DNA of 64,000 nucleotides from Batkoa obscura (taxonomy: Eukaryota), in the NCBI GenBank assembly GCA_030770535.1, contig JASVEC010000015.1, forward strand, positions 372,001 through 436,000. Direction: 5' to 3'. A program made the position numbers and the translations under genes. Shown here one piece after another: positions 1 to 13,079 of this stretch. How positions within the stretch are numbered: the first letter of the stretch is position 1; each line of letters opens with the position of its first letter. The notes under the pieces are model-generated. The model searched no databases, was not told the origin of the DNA, and saw nothing but the letters and a program-made list of their open reading frames with translations.

Positions 1-844
1 CTCTGGCTGGATTTAAAGCAAATCCAGTTAACCAACCAGTACTAAAACTAATAGCACCTATTGTAAACCCACATGCAATAGGAGCTAACCAAGAAGGAGT
101 GCCATGTCTCTCATCATTAATACCAAGAATCCCGAGGATTAAGAAAGTGGTACTTAACATTTCAATAAAAAACGCATTTGCAATGGTTACGTTTGGGGCT
201 GGATACGTAGCAAAGATTCCGGCAGTAGCAAGGTTTCCACTGGTGGCTCTAATACCACCGTCAAATAGATCAATGGCAGGATAATTAAATAACATAACTA
301 AACAAGCTCCGCAAAAGGCTCCGAATAGTTGAGCAAACATATAACCAGGGACCTTTTTCCAAGGAAAACCTCTTAAAAGAGCATTTGCTAAAGTAATAGC
401 AGGGTTCACATGAGCTCCAGAAACAGGACTAGCAATAAAAACAGCTAACATCAAAGCAAAAGCAAAACCTAATGAAATGATAATTGCTCCAGAACCTTTA
501 GCATTAGCGTTGGTTACTGCAAGTGCAACTGCACCATCACCAAAAGTAACCAAAATTAAAGTGCCCAAAAACTCAGCAAAATATTCTCTCAAATTATAAC
601 GAAATCTGCCATAGGCACTTAACTTAGCCAAGTCAAAGTCAGCTCCATTTTCAACGCGGGTAGTATCACTGTATTGGTGTCGATATTCCTGTTTAATGCC
701 AGTATCGTGGACTTGATAACGATTTAAAGAATTATTATCAATTGAAGCTCTTTCATTTGGCACAATAGCATTGCTAGTAGGGAAGACTACTGGATTTTCA
801 AAATTTCCACCAAGTCCAGCGGTATTTTTATTAACTGTGGCCAT
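1..844 (-). CDS. Aquaglyceroporin (MIP family), 3' end runs off the window
   Basis: Manual minus-strand translation from ATG 844: MATVNKN...REYFAEFLGTLILVTFGDG...SGAHVNPAIT...FPWKKVPGYMFAQLFGAF...AGIFATYP...TGFALNPAR. Both NPA boxes and the GlpF-type GIFATYP motif are present. Absent from the ORF track because no stop lies in the window. Confidence 0.95.
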   Translation of the reverse strand, partial: MATVNKNTAGLGGNFENPVVFPTSNAIVPNERASIDNNSLNRYQVHDTGIKQEYRHQYSDTTRVENGADFDLAKLSAYGRFRYNLREYFAEFLGTLILVTFGDGAVALAVTNANAKGSGAIIISLGFAFALMLAVFIASPVSGAHVNPAITLANALLRGFPWKKVPGYMFAQLFGAFCGACLVMLFNYPAIDLFDGGIRATSGNLATAGIFATYPAPNVTIANAFFIEMLSTTFLILGILGINDERHGTPSWLAPIACGFTIGAISFSTGWLTGFALNPAR

Positions 845-3529
845 ATTTTATTAAAACAAAATAATTTTATTTGGAAGTTAATAGATAATAGATTTATTTA
901 TATACTTTTTTATTAAAAAAATTAATATGCGATCTGCGTAATTTAAGAATTGGTTAAGTAAATATTCTACTTAAATTATAGCACCGTTTTAAAATGTTTT
1001 GCAAATGAATTTCCCAGCTTTTTTTTAAAGAAAAATCGCATAATGTAAAACTTAATACGTACTTTTATGTATTCTGAAAAGGCCATAAATTGAGGCTTTC
1101 AAAAATAATAGTTTTATTATGTAGAAAACTCTAAAACTTAAAGCTTTATATAGACTTTAACTTCAATATATTTAATATAATACCATATTTTACACTATTG
1201 CCACTAAAGTCGTTTTTACAGAGAATTTTTCGATATTAATAAATGGTGGAAATATACTCATGTATGAATAGATAACTTGATCAACCGATCAACCACCGTT
1301 AAATCCAAAGGAAATACAAAACAAAGCCCAAAATTGGGGTGGAAATAACAAAGTTTTCCAAATAAGATATATTTAGATAATTAAAATTTTTAAAGAATTT
1401 GGGTTTTTATTTGATGTTATTTAAGATGTTCAAGACATTAAAAGCATAATCTAAAGGTGTACTTGTTTAAAATAAAAATAAAATATTGATTTTGGATTTC
1501 AGATTTCAGATTTCAACTTTATTACAGTTAATTATTATAAACTAGATTCTTTAAACCCAACTGATTCGAATAAAGTGGGGTGAAGGCTAAAATTTTAAGA
1601 ATATAAAAATATCTTTTGCAGTCATATAGTATACTTTACCACGTTCACCCCATATTCCTTAATATATTTTTGTTTTCAATCACTTTATAAGATATTAAAT
1701 AATACTATTTTTTGTATAGTTTTACTTATGATTTCATCATTTTAAAAATAAAAGATTAAATTTAGATAAATTTTGTATGAATTTGTTTTATATGCTTTAA
1801 TGTTTGAAATTAGTGATATTTAATCCGAATTTTTGATAAAATATTTACCTCCGAATTTTTGCAGTTAAATTAAACTATACTAAAAGTTACATTAGCTTGA
1901 CATTTGTTTTTGCTTTAATGATGTGGTGGGGATATAAAAAAAATACTGGGATTGAGGGGTTTTAGTTTTAGTGTGTTAGATTCCTTGCACTAATTTGTTG
2001 TATGTGTTGTAACTATAATATGCGCTAGATTCTATCTTAATTAAATTTTCTGTCTCTAAGATTTAAACTAAATTCTGAAGGTGGATATTGGTGAAATATA
2101 TGGTTTTTTTAAATAGCTTAGCTTTTTATCGTATCTCAAAAGTGGATAACTATTAATGGAAAACTCACTGCATCTTGCAATTACAATCTAAGTTAAACTA
2201 GCACAAAAAGCCTAACATTTATATCTACAGCCTCTTCATCCTACAACTTTTTTGACCTTCCCTTGTAATAATTTTTAGAAGGTATAGTAAAATCAAGTAA
2301 AGATCAAAAGCTATTATCTCTATAGCCTTTTCTTTTCTCCACTAGCCATTTACATCTATCTGTATTATATTATCAAACTGACTAAGGACTTTTCTCTTGT
2401 GATGATATAAAAAATTAGATAATAAATATATAACTATCATAAAATACCACCAAAGTCCAAAGTAATGGCTTGTTCACAGTTTTTTCTCTCCTTGAAGCAT
2501 ATTAGTAACAATTAAGATATTATGTTCTAGACATTTTTTTGTATAAAGTTGCTTTAATTAAAGCAGATATTTAATTAAAGTAATCACCATTTTATCCTTT
2601 TATAGTATGATTATAAAATAATGTATTCTAAATTAAGGTTATGTTTATAATGTGAGTAGGCACTTTTATGTACAAACTAATTAATATTCAGCTGTAAAAT
2701 CAAATAGAATTATAATGGTTAAAATACCGGAATTGTTTAATAAAATTTTACAATAATTGTTTCGTATTTTACTAAACTAACTAGAGATATTTCTAATACC
2801 GTTACAATCTGAGTTATATTAATTAGCATTAAAGCAATTGAATTTTTCAGATTTGTTGTTAGTCCCAGATTCAGGGAAATTGGTTTTAAAATACTATCGT
2901 TTGAGCAATTTTCAAAGTTTAAACCAAATTCACCATCGCCACTTGCCTCTCTAAATGCAGAAGCGAAGATAATGTCGAAAGTGACTCTTTAAATTTTGAA
3001 CATGAGAGGTAGATAGTTAATTATCATACACAACAAAACAATAAGAACCCATTATACATTTAATTTCGCCAACGGGAGGGCCAAGTTCTTTAAAACTGAG
3101 GTTATATTTTACTATATAATTGGCGGAACTACTTGCATTAGATGCTAAAATAGTAGCGATAAGAGGGAACTAAAGAATTTTAGATATGGTTAATATTTTT
3201 TGAGTGTTTGGAATATTTTTTGTTCATTTTTACATGTTTGTTTAGTTTAAAAAACTGATTTATAATTTTAAGTTATCAACATTTATTACATTTAACCATT
3301 ACAATGTTTTCTTAAAATCTTGGAGGAGTTAGATCTCCAAGTGGTTTATTGTTAATAATAAAGCCAGCGCTATAATGTTTTATTTTTATAATTATAACAA
3401 CCATCATTTCAGTTCTTCAAAAATTTGATACATTGTTTAAAATTTTATGAGGTAAATAGTGCATTTTTTATAAAAAGAGAAATACTAAAAGTAATATAAA
3501 CCCTAAATAAATGTTAAAAATCATCACAC

Positions 3530-3620
3530 AGGGATGTATTTTTTTGTTTAGGAGTTTCATTGGTTTTTCCACTCAAATAGTACTAAGAAACATAAAAAGT
3601 GAAACCAAAAAAACACTCCC
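3530..3620 (+). mobile_element. MITE copy (degenerate)
   Basis: GGGATGTATTTTTTTGTTTAG...TTCCACTCAAATAG...GAAACCAAAAAAACACTCCC followed by ATAT. Confidence 0.8.
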
Positions 3621-3886
3621 ATATATTTATTGCCATTTTTTATTGAGATTTATGATTTTATAGTTAGCGTAAAAATGATAATGAAATACTAGAAATAAAT
3701 AAAAATGCTTATAAAATAATAACAAAGCTTAAACTCAAAAGCATATTGTTCTTTCTAACTTCCAAGTGTAACTAAAATTAAAAACAAAACTTCATTTGGG
3801 TTAAATTTCATATGTTGTTATGCCTTTCATAGACATTCTAAATTAACTTTAACCTTAACAGAGTCAAATGTATAGCACAAATATAT

Positions 3887-3985
3887 GGGGATGTATTTTT
3901 GTGTTTAACAATTTTACCAACAAATTTTCCGCTCAAATAGCGCTTAAAAAATGGAAAAAATAATGAAGTCAAAAAAAACACTCCC
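3887..3985 (+). mobile_element. MITE copy, 99 bp (reference-quality)
   Basis: ATAT|GGGGATGTATTTTTG...TCCGCTCAAATAGCGCTTAAAAAATGGAAAAAATAATGAAGTCAAAAAAAACACTCCC|ATAT. Confidence 0.92.
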
Positions 3986-4199
3986 ATATAATGTGAGATA
4001 ATTGTTTATAATTGCAGCGGCTAAAAATAAAACGATTAGTTGCAAAAATTTACATTAAACCTGAATGGCTTCAATATTCAAACATGATACATTAATTATT
4101 AGTAAAAATATAAAATTTCGAAAAAGTTAACTATAAATGACTATTTACATAAAATAAAGATAGCTTAGCTACTTTTGAAACAATTTTAAAATTGAACTT

Positions 4200-4411
4200 T
4201 TATTGATAAATTGATGGTATGATCCAGCGTTGTTGTAATTATTGAAGCTAGTTCCAGCACCAATAACATCTAATCCAATAGATAGACCATATTTATTGAA
4301 AGTACCAAGAGATCCAGTTACGTTAGAAATAACAGCAGCGTTATTACCTAAATTGATATTAGGGTATGGTATGAGACACTAGCCATAAGTGATTCTAGAT
4401 TGAATTACTTG
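4200..4411 (-). pseudogene. Decayed copy of Gly/Ser/Asn-rich gene, homologous to 42540-42746
   Basis: Minus translation QVIQSRITYG*CLIPYPNINLGNNAAVISNVTGSLGTFNKYGLSIGLDVIGAGTSFNNYNNAGSY aligns without gaps to the ORF at 42537-42746; internal TAG. Confidence 0.7.
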
Positions 4412-6070
4412 TATTAGAGCTTTTCGGCTATAAATCAAACCTGATATTTATTTTCGCCAGAGATCTTGATTTTTTCTTATCAACCTAATATTCAATTCCC
4501 TTACCCTCATATCTTTAGCCCATTTGAATACAAAACGTTTGTAATATAAATGCTAAGGCCTGATAAAATAATATTTAGAGTACAAAAAATTAAAGAGTTG
4601 TTTATAACAACAGCATTAAGGAGGTTTTAATTATTATGGGCAAGTATCAAATAAAAAGAGCATTAAAAAAGTGTATTCATGATGCCTTTTGTTAATAAAA
4701 AGGTGGGATTGAAAGGATTTTTGGAAAAGAGAAAGAAGCTTCACTAAAACAGTTCTTTTATTAAAATTATTTAAAATTCTACTTCAAAATTTTAGCGCTT
4801 ATGACTTAAACTAGTAGGAAAAGATATATACATAACTATATAAGTTGCGGTATAAACTTAAACAAAAAACTGTACATAAAATTCAATATGGCTGTAAAAA
4901 AATTATAAGCATATAATGTAGAAAATAAAGCTTCAAAAAAAGGTCGAAAAAAAGCTTTAGTATTAAAGAATATTAGGAATTTTGATAGCAATTAGCACTT
5001 CTTAATAAGTAATTTCTATTTCCAAAAGAATTATCCGCATTGACAAACAGGCCAGGTTTATTCATACTTACACATTTACTTCTTGGTGATGTGAAAGTAT
5101 TTTATATATTAGTTTATTATTTTTACTCAAGAAAATAGTGTCTTTGTTGGTTACAACAGTAAAAAGATTTTTTATATGTAAGTAATTTTTTTCTAAAATG
5201 AAGATTCAAAGAAACCAAAATTATTTATGAAATGCTCAAGTGATAAAAAAGTTATATTAAGAGTTTTGAAAAAATAAAGTAATGAAAACATGCAATACAA
5301 TTTTTATGAGAAGTATGTGCAACCATAAGACTAATCAAAAAAATGTGATTGTTATTTATTGTTGAATGGTTATATTAATTAAAGTCAAATTATAGCCTTC
5401 TAATTAATGTAGGAGATAAAAACTGCTTGCTCTCATAGCTGCTCATTTTTTTACATTATATAATAACAAAATGAACCAAATTAAAGAAATTAGTGAACTT
5501 TAGTATTTACGTATATATCTATAAATGTTTCGATATAGAATATACAAAAATTGTAGTAATTTTACTTTTTTAACACAAATTAAAAATAATATGTTTAAAT
5601 ATTTAATTCCTTAAAAACCTTGATAAAGCTGACTTTTAAGGTTAATATTTATTCTAGTTTGAACTTTCAAAAAAAAATTTTAAGATTTTTAATTAAATCA
5701 GAAATATCGCTAAAATTATACATTGTAGTTAAAAACTTTAAGAGACCCCTTTTAAAAGAAATACAGACATCTTCACCACTTGTTCTCTAAATTTGCTTCG
5801 TTGAATCACTTGGGAAAATCGTTATCTCAGGAATTTGCATAAAAAATTAATTTATCTAAATAAAAGATTTATCAGATTTATATTCATTATAAATTATTAT
5901 CAAAATAAAATTAAATAATAAAAAGGGATGATAAATGTACGTGAAAAGTTAAAAATAAAAAAATGTATTTTGTTATTTAAAAACTAGTTTAAAAGCGAAT
6001 TTCTACTACTTTAATTAGCAATTTATTAATTTAAGTCAGCATTTATAAAGTAAAATGAATATATTTATTT

Positions 6071-7015
6071 TCAAAATAATAAAACAATAGCCAGGCTTAA
6101 TAATGATAACACCGAAAAATGATCTAATGTACCATTTGAAGATGAATTGTTATTTTTACCAAGTGGTCTTGATGAAAGAGTCGAGGAGAGGATACTTGAA
6201 GATGTATCAATCGAAGTTGCATTTGTATTAGATTTAATGTTATTATTTATATTATCTTTTTTCTCATCGTTTTTTAACTTTAATTTATCTATCTGATAGC
6301 CAGAGGAAACACCTAAGCAAGTCTCCATATTTACAAATTTATATTTTTTCTCTCTGATAAACCTAATGATATCAGGCAATTTGGCCAGTCTAGGTAGAGT
6401 GGTTTCGTGCTGTAAAGAAATAAAGGAGTTTTTAGTTGGGTCTGAGTTTTTAACTCCATTAATGATATTCCATCGGATCATATCTGAATTACCGCTCTTC
6501 TCTCTCCAATCAAAAGAATCTACCGAAACATGGATATTTTGATAGCCTAAAGAAGCAACAATTCTTTGTACACGCTGGTCCATGCTAAGATAAGGAAACC
6601 TGAAAAATGCTGGCCTTTTCCCAATAATATCAAATATAAGATTTTCTGTTTTCTTAATTTCTTCTACTATCTGTTGGTCATTTCTTTCTAGAAATTTAGG
6701 ATGGGAATAAGAGTGGGATGCAATGGTATGGCCTTCTTCGAAGGTGCGAACCAATTTACTTTTGAACTCATTTTTCTCAAGCTGGACACCCAATACAAAA
6801 AAGGTTGCTATTACTCTATGCTCTTTGAGGATGTTTAATATTTCATCGGTGTATTCGGTTGGCCCATCGTCAAAAGTTAGTGCAAAATGGCCTGGAGTTT
6901 TACAGTTAAAGATCGGAGGTAGGTCGCAGTTGCTTTGGTTACATTTGATTTCTTCAGAAATAGTACAGATCGATAATATAAATACCACTAAGGCAAACAA
7001 AAACAAAAAGTTCAT
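6071..7015 (-). CDS. Chitin/polysaccharide deacetylase (CE4, NodB domain), secreted, probably GPI-anchored
   Basis: Signal peptide; motifs TFDDGP, HSYSHP, RFPY, DSFDW, LQHE; Ser/Asn-rich linker and hydrophobic C-terminal tail. Confidence 0.93.
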   Translation of the reverse strand: MNFLFLFALVVFILSICTISEEIKCNQSNCDLPPIFNCKTPGHFALTFDDGPTEYTDEILNILKEHRVIATFFVLGVQLEKNEFKSKLVRTFEEGHTIASHSYSHPKFLERNDQQIVEEIKKTENLIFDIIGKRPAFFRFPYLSMDQRVQRIVASLGYQNIHVSVDSFDWREKSGNSDMIRWNIINGVKNSDPTKNSFISLQHETTLPRLAKLPDIIRFIREKKYKFVNMETCLGVSSGYQIDKLKLKNDEKKDNINNNIKSNTNATSIDTSSSILSSTLSSRPLGKNNNSSSNGTLDHFSVLSLLSLAIVLLF

Positions 7016-8464
7016 CCTTTGTTTTAATAAAGTAGAAAGTATTAAATAAAGAGAAGGACAAAGTTGGTTTTTATTTTAAACGAATATTTATACCATTTTT
7101 ATTCAATTTTACAATTTCCTATTTTATTTGGCCTTCACTCTGGATTGTTACAATTCCTATGTGCTAAAAATAACATAAAGTTTTTATTTATACTGATATC
7201 TTTTAAACCAAACAAATTTAATATAATGAATTGTATGTATATTGAAGAATATTCTTATAAATTCGATATTAGAACAATAGCGAAAATAACAGTAATCCAT
7301 GAATCGAAGTAAACATTTAATAAGGATGGTAGATTCGCTAATGTCATTGTAAGGTCATAAGTAAAGGTATTAAACTAAACTTGATATTGTTAATAATAGT
7401 ATGGCTTTTGTGTTCTTATTTCATTAGAAGATACTATTTAATCTGATAGCTTTCATAAAGTATCAAATTACCATATTTAACAAACAATAGTAACAAAACT
7501 ATCTCAAAGCTTTGATACTAATTAAAATTAAATGATATCGCAGTTATATTCCAATGCTATTTTTATAGTTATAATCATAAGCTAAATTACTATGGTTCCT
7601 TTTTTAAATGTATTCATTGTTTTTATAATAAGATTATTAATCCATACTATCTATATCAAGAAACCTTAGTATTTGATCAAATCTGATTAAATTTAGGGGC
7701 TACCAGCTTTAATTTCACAAGTTCATTTATTTTTAAATTGCACCCAAGGTACTAAATATCAGTAAAATAAGCCACAACTCCTTTCACTTCTAAAGCGGTC
7801 ATCAATAAAAGCTATCTTTTTACTGAAGGCTGATTATCTAATTCATTATAATAATTCAGCTTAAAGGAATATGGAACATACGCACTCCTAAGTTACAACT
7901 TGTTTGACGAAGGATTGAAAATTTAAACATAAGTTCCTTAAAATTCCAAGCTTGATCTAATTACTAAATTTAGAAAATGTGCCAAAATTGCCAAGACGCT
8001 TTTTAACATTTTCGCTTTCTTGTAGCTATTTATGTCACATCTTACCTTATGATAGTGCTTAATTCAGATACATAATTGAATCTTTTATAAATATTTTAAA
8101 ACTTAAACAATATACAAATACTGTAAGAATCCTATTAAGGAGCTTGACCTGACATTAAATTATTCAAAGTTCGAAATTACGATTACAAAAATTGTTAGAT
8201 ATTTTATGGTGCTGTTTACCCTCTATATTATTTTGCTCCATATCCTAAATACACATTTGATTATAATAGGTTATCTAATCATTATCCTGTGAATATTAAA
8301 GTTTGTGAGTTGTTCTTCAAATTTAGCTACTTTTAAAGCCAATAAAATCAATTTCAATATAAATGTGTAATTAAATATGGCTTAATAAAAATTAAGGTGC
8401 AATTATTTAAAATTCAAAAGCTAATGTCACCATAAAGATAACAAAATAGTATGTTATACTATAT

Positions 8465-8563
8465 GGGGATGTATTTTTGTATTTAAGAATTTTACTAATA
8501 ATTTTTCCACTCAAATAGCGCTTAAAAGATGGAAAAAGTAATGAAGCCAAAAAAAACACTCCC
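8465..8563 (+). mobile_element. MITE copy
   Basis: ATAT|GGGGATG...CACTCCC|ATAT, full 99 bp. Confidence 0.92.
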
Positions 8564-8909
8564 ATATGTTATATTATAAAATTGATGCTTTTATTTGTAT
8601 TTTTTGTCATAATTTGGAATAAAGGTTCGTCTATTTTTCCTAATCAACTACTGGAAGCAGGTCAATATGAATTGGAAAAAATAAGAAATTAAAGGTTATT
8701 AAAAGCGAGACTTAAGTTTAAAGGGATTCTGTACTTCTGAAAGTACAGAAGGAACAATATTATATATTAGTTCCCAAAACAATTCGAAAAATGGACATGT
8801 GGTATAACCTTTGTTGTAGAAAGCCACTATGTAAAGTGCTATTGCCATTATAGTTTCATAATTTTTGTTTCAACCATACTTCAACAGCTATTTATAAAAA
8901 TGAACTAAT

Positions 8910-9007
8910 GGGGATGTTTTTTTTGATTTCATTATTTTTACATCTTTTAAGCGTTATTTAAGTGGAAAAATTGCTAGTAAAATTCTTAAATACAAAAATA
9001 CATCCCC
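8910..9007 (-). mobile_element. MITE copy
   Basis: Reverse orientation; TAAT|GGGGATG...CATCCCC|TAAT (TSD TAAT). Confidence 0.92.
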
Positions 9008-9912
9008 TAATGTTTTTTAAAAATACTCATAATATAGCACAGAATACCAGCGCATTATCTGGTTTATATGGACTTATGGATAGTAGATAGAAACAAATAT
9101 TAAGGAGCCATCAAGGGAATAAAATTAAAAGAACTAGCTATATAGCCTAGTGGTATTTCTTATTCTTAGTTTTTGTATATTTTCCATAGTCATTTATGAT
9201 AAGCAAAAACACTACAAATGAATATAATCAAAATAAATACAGGTAGGATATAAACATTCAATTATACATAAAGTAAAGTGATATATAATTACTGCTCATA
9301 GATAGCTAGGGTTTAATGTATTAAATATAACCAAACCTTAAATTATTAGTTTATAGGGTTTATACAAAAATTAAAATGTTTTTTCTAGGATGGCAGTGAA
9401 ACTGCTCCTAATATGAACTTCAGTTACAGTTTAAGATTAAAAATTAATAAATACTTTGGAGACAGGTTAGATAATATATTTTTCTAACTTTAAAAAATCA
9501 AAAGATAGGATATTAAGCGCTTCGTGCTACTCTATTAAATTATATAAGGCTATTATTAAGTTACTTGAGAGTAGTTATCCTGCTAATCTCAAGCAGATCA
9601 TCATTGGTACTTCAGTCAATAGGGGCCCAATAAAGCTATTATCCAAACAAAGTGTCTACTGAAAACACATCAAAAAGTTATTTCAAACAACTCCTAAACT
9701 ATAAAATTTAAACCATTTTTTTCGAGGATTTAGAGTTGATAATAATCTTGGTGATATTAGATTGAATCAAAGGAGCCTTGTTCAAAACTTCATATGTGGT
9801 CTTTTTCAGTTTTATATCATTTTTACCTAGGGCTGGAGTAATCAAGAATAATACAGTTATTTTAAGAGATACAAAAAATGATTAATTATAAATTTTCTTT
9901 CCTTTAACATAT

Positions 9913-10009
9913 GGGGATGTATTTTGTATTCAAGAATTTTACTAACAATCTTTTGCTCAAATAGCACTTAAAAAATAGAAAAAGTAATGAAACCAAAAAA
10001 AACACCCCC
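9913..10009 (+). mobile_element. MITE copy
   Basis: ATAT|GGGGATG...CACCCCC|ATAT. Confidence 0.9.
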
Positions 10010-10196
10010 ATATGCTACTCCAATCATAACCTAGTTAGGAGTAAGAGACTATCGTAATTTAGAAAGCCTTCAAGTGCCAAATCTGATAAAACTATTCGAA
10101 CTAACACCATATTGCATCTACTATTGGAGCATTATATTGGCTAGTAATAAAATATATCAAGGCTTACATTTAATTTGATATAATACTGTACTATAT

Positions 10197-10295
10197 GGGG
10201 ATGTATTTTTGTATTTAAGAATTTTACCAACAAATTTTCCACTTAAATAGCGCTTAAAAAATGGAAAAAATAATGAAGTCAAAAAAAACACTCCC
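10197..10295 (+). mobile_element. MITE copy
   Basis: ATAT|GGGGATG...CACTCCC|ATAT; nearly identical to 3887-3985. Confidence 0.92.
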
Positions 10296-10661
10296 ATATT
10301 ATTGTTTTAGTCAAACCAATCAAGTTAACTTTCATTTTTAATGTCAACCTTTGTAGTTTTTGAATACCCAAACAAACCTCTTGTTGGTAACTCAGTTAAA
10401 TGGAGGTAGGAAAGTCAACCCTTACCTAATGTTATATAAAATCAAATAATAAAGCTGTTCTAGTATTAAATAGTGGTCATGCTTGAAATATTTAGTATTT
10501 TTTTTAGTGTTTATATTTTGAGCGTTCTACTAAAATAAATGATGATACAAACCCAACTAAAACCATTTAAAATATCAAAGTGTAGAATTTGATCTTATTT
10601 AGTCTCTCTGTTTTATTAAAAAAATTCTTAAACAAGTGAAATATAACTTAATTTATTATAG

Positions 10662-11321
10662 TTAAGGTTTAGGTTGAACACTAGGCATATTACCATTTTG
10701 TACTGCTAAAAACCTTTTTTCCTCAATACCCTTTAAACATCTGGGAAGTATAAGGTCCGCAGCCCCAACATTATTTATTAAACAATGCTTTAATTCTTCG
10801 ATCAAAAATTTACTGTAAATTCGACACTGTAAGCCATTACCATTAACCTCATAATTATATCTGTATAGTCCAAATTTGTTGCAATCCATAATATATCTAC
10901 TATCATTACTCCAAGCAATTAAATTCCAATAAAGTAGTTGTTTTGTATAACTAAATAAAAGTATATCGTCTTCCATTAACATACAGTATGTTTTACTTTC
11001 ATTACATTGTAGTAATGCACTATAAAATACATTTTTAATTCGACACTCTCGTGGTGTTATTCCCTCACAATTAGTACTCTCTATAATCTTTTCAGGATAT
11101 TTCAGTTTACCGAAACTATTCATAACTTTCTCTATTGCTTTATAATTCCTTATCTTATATTCTGAAAGTAATACAGTTTCTAATCGATTGCTTAATAGCT
11201 CATCAATATCCTCATTGCTTGGAAATAAAAATACATACGCTAATCTTAAATAAAGTAATACAAATACTATTGGTATTAACAATAACATTTTTTTCATGCT
11301 AGGTCGAGTTAATAATCCCAT
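10662..11321 (-). CDS. Type II membrane protein, putative GT-A-fold glycosyltransferase (GT25/GT54/PGAP4-like)
   Basis: 219-aa intronless ORF; N-terminal TM helix; YSALLQC...YCMLMEDDILL (EDD/DxD-like); C-terminal LAVQNG resembles the LVQHxG motif. Family assignment is inference. Confidence 0.55.
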   Translation of the reverse strand: MGLLTRPSMKKMLLLIPIVFVLLYLRLAYVFLFPSNEDIDELLSNRLETVLLSEYKIRNYKAIEKVMNSFGKLKYPEKIIESTNCEGITPRECRIKNVFYSALLQCNESKTYCMLMEDDILLFSYTKQLLYWNLIAWSNDSRYIMDCNKFGLYRYNYEVNGNGLQCRIYSKFLIEELKHCLINNVGAADLILPRCLKGIEEKRFLAVQNGNMPSVQPKP

Positions 11322-12472
11322 TTTAATTCAATCTTCAATTTTTATATTCCTAGACTTTATAGATTTGATATTTGTTTTATATCCACCACTATTGTTATAT
11401 TAAATTTTTCACAAAAAATATCAAAACAATACATTTGTTTTTATTTATATCTTTTCATACTATGGTTAATTTATTTTAATTCCAACAATTGCTATTTGCT
11501 GTCTAAATTTAATCTAAAAATAGCCTTTTAGTGACTACATCTCAATCAAATGACCTAAGAAAAATATTAGGATACTATTTTTATATAACAATAAATCGAA
11601 TTCATGGATATTAACCTCTCTAGCTTACATTATTCTTTTAAAAGTTTTGATAGCTATACTATTCTTTTACATTATATTACTGGAAAATGTAATACACTTT
11701 AAATAATAGTTATATGACTATATTTTCATAAGACCTAATTTATAACAAGTGGTATATCTTATTCGTTCATGGCATTTTACTTTCTAATTTTTAATACCGA
11801 GTTCCTAAAAGAACGTTAATGAAAAAATATATATTTGAGTTTTTTTAAGAGGCAAAGATACTATATAAAGAAACATAATATCCTAACTAAGGTTTTTAAG
11901 CCTTTTTTATAATACATCTTTGTTTCTAAAACATCAACTGTCCTGAGATAAATATAAAGTGCTATGTTTAATGCCAAGGATTTCGATGAGATTACATCAA
12001 GCTCTTCCATAAAAACTTTGTTCTTATTAGAAAGTAAACTAAATTTGATTGAAATTCAAATTATGTTGTTGCATCTCTATTGTGATCTAATTAATAATTA
12101 GTTTAATAATGAAATTTTGTTAGGATTGGGTTAAAATCTAAAGGTTAGGCATGAAAAAAACCAAATAAACGACTTAAATATTTTAAAATCACCGCAAATT
12201 AAATCTGAATAGAGCTGCTATAGCAGCTACATACTAATTTTTTTAGAGAGTAGCTGTTTTTTTTACAAACCTTGAAAGAGCTGGGGGCTTCTAAGTGTTT
12301 ATTGTTAAGGGATAATTGAAAACAAGCGCATGATCGATAGGATAGTTAGGTAGATGTAGAAGGTAATGGGTAGTTTCTAAGGTTTAAAACATGGATTTAA
12401 AGGTTTAGATCCATTTGATTGATGTTTTTGATAAAAATTGGTAAATTCAAGCTTTTTAAACGTCTTAAATAT

Positions 12473-12571
12473 GGGGATGTATTTTTTTGTTTAACAATTT
12501 TACTAACAATGTTTCCACTCAAATAGCGCTTAAAAGGTGGAAAAAGTAATGAAACCAAAAAAATCATCCTC
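12473..12571 (+). mobile_element. MITE copy
   Basis: ATAT|GGGGATG...CATCCTC|ATAT. Confidence 0.9.
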
Positions 12572-12982
12572 ATATGGTATTCCATTATAAATCCAAGTTA
12601 TCTATTAACCTAATATTTTGAATCCTTATGTAACTCCTGAATACATTTTGAGATAAGCTATACTATATCTATTAAAAAGCACCAGCTGTCCAAAAATTTC
12701 AAGTATAGTCTATAAAAAACATTGACAATTTTGCAAATAAATCACTATAGTTTTTCGTATATACAATAAAATATTATGAAATTAATATACTGGATACCAA
12801 TATGCAAAAACTACTATACAGGATTTTTTTGTTAAACTTCATTGTATTTTTAGTGGTATTAGTGTTCGAAAATAATTTGACATATATGAGGCTATGTCGA
12901 AAATAAGTCGATTTTTAATAACACAATGAGAACGAAACAAGTTGAAAATTTATTGTATAATAGCATTTATATATCAGTACAT

Positions 12983-13079
12983 GGGGATGTTTTTTAGCTT
13001 CATTACTTTTTTTACCTTTTAAGCGCTATTTGAGTGGAAGATTTGTTAGTAAGATTCTTAAACACAAAAATATAGCCAC
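12983..13079 (-). mobile_element. MITE copy
   Basis: Reverse orientation, core AAGCGCTATTTGAGTGGAA. Confidence 0.85.

Noticed and set aside
2685..2990. Long stop-free minus frame (VTFDIIFASAFREASGDGEFGLNF...) as a third copy of the Gly/Ser/Asn-rich family
   Set aside because: Only weak, gapped resemblance to 42200-42390; cannot be supported without computation
8727..8750. Perfect 10-bp inverted repeat TTCTGTACTT-ctga-AAGTACAGAA
   Set aside because: Isolated, with no associated gene or element
12213..12237. 16-bp palindrome AGCTGCTATAGCAGCT followed by CTAA-T as a Helitron 3' end
   Set aside because: No second copy, no 5' TC boundary and no RepHel sequence found
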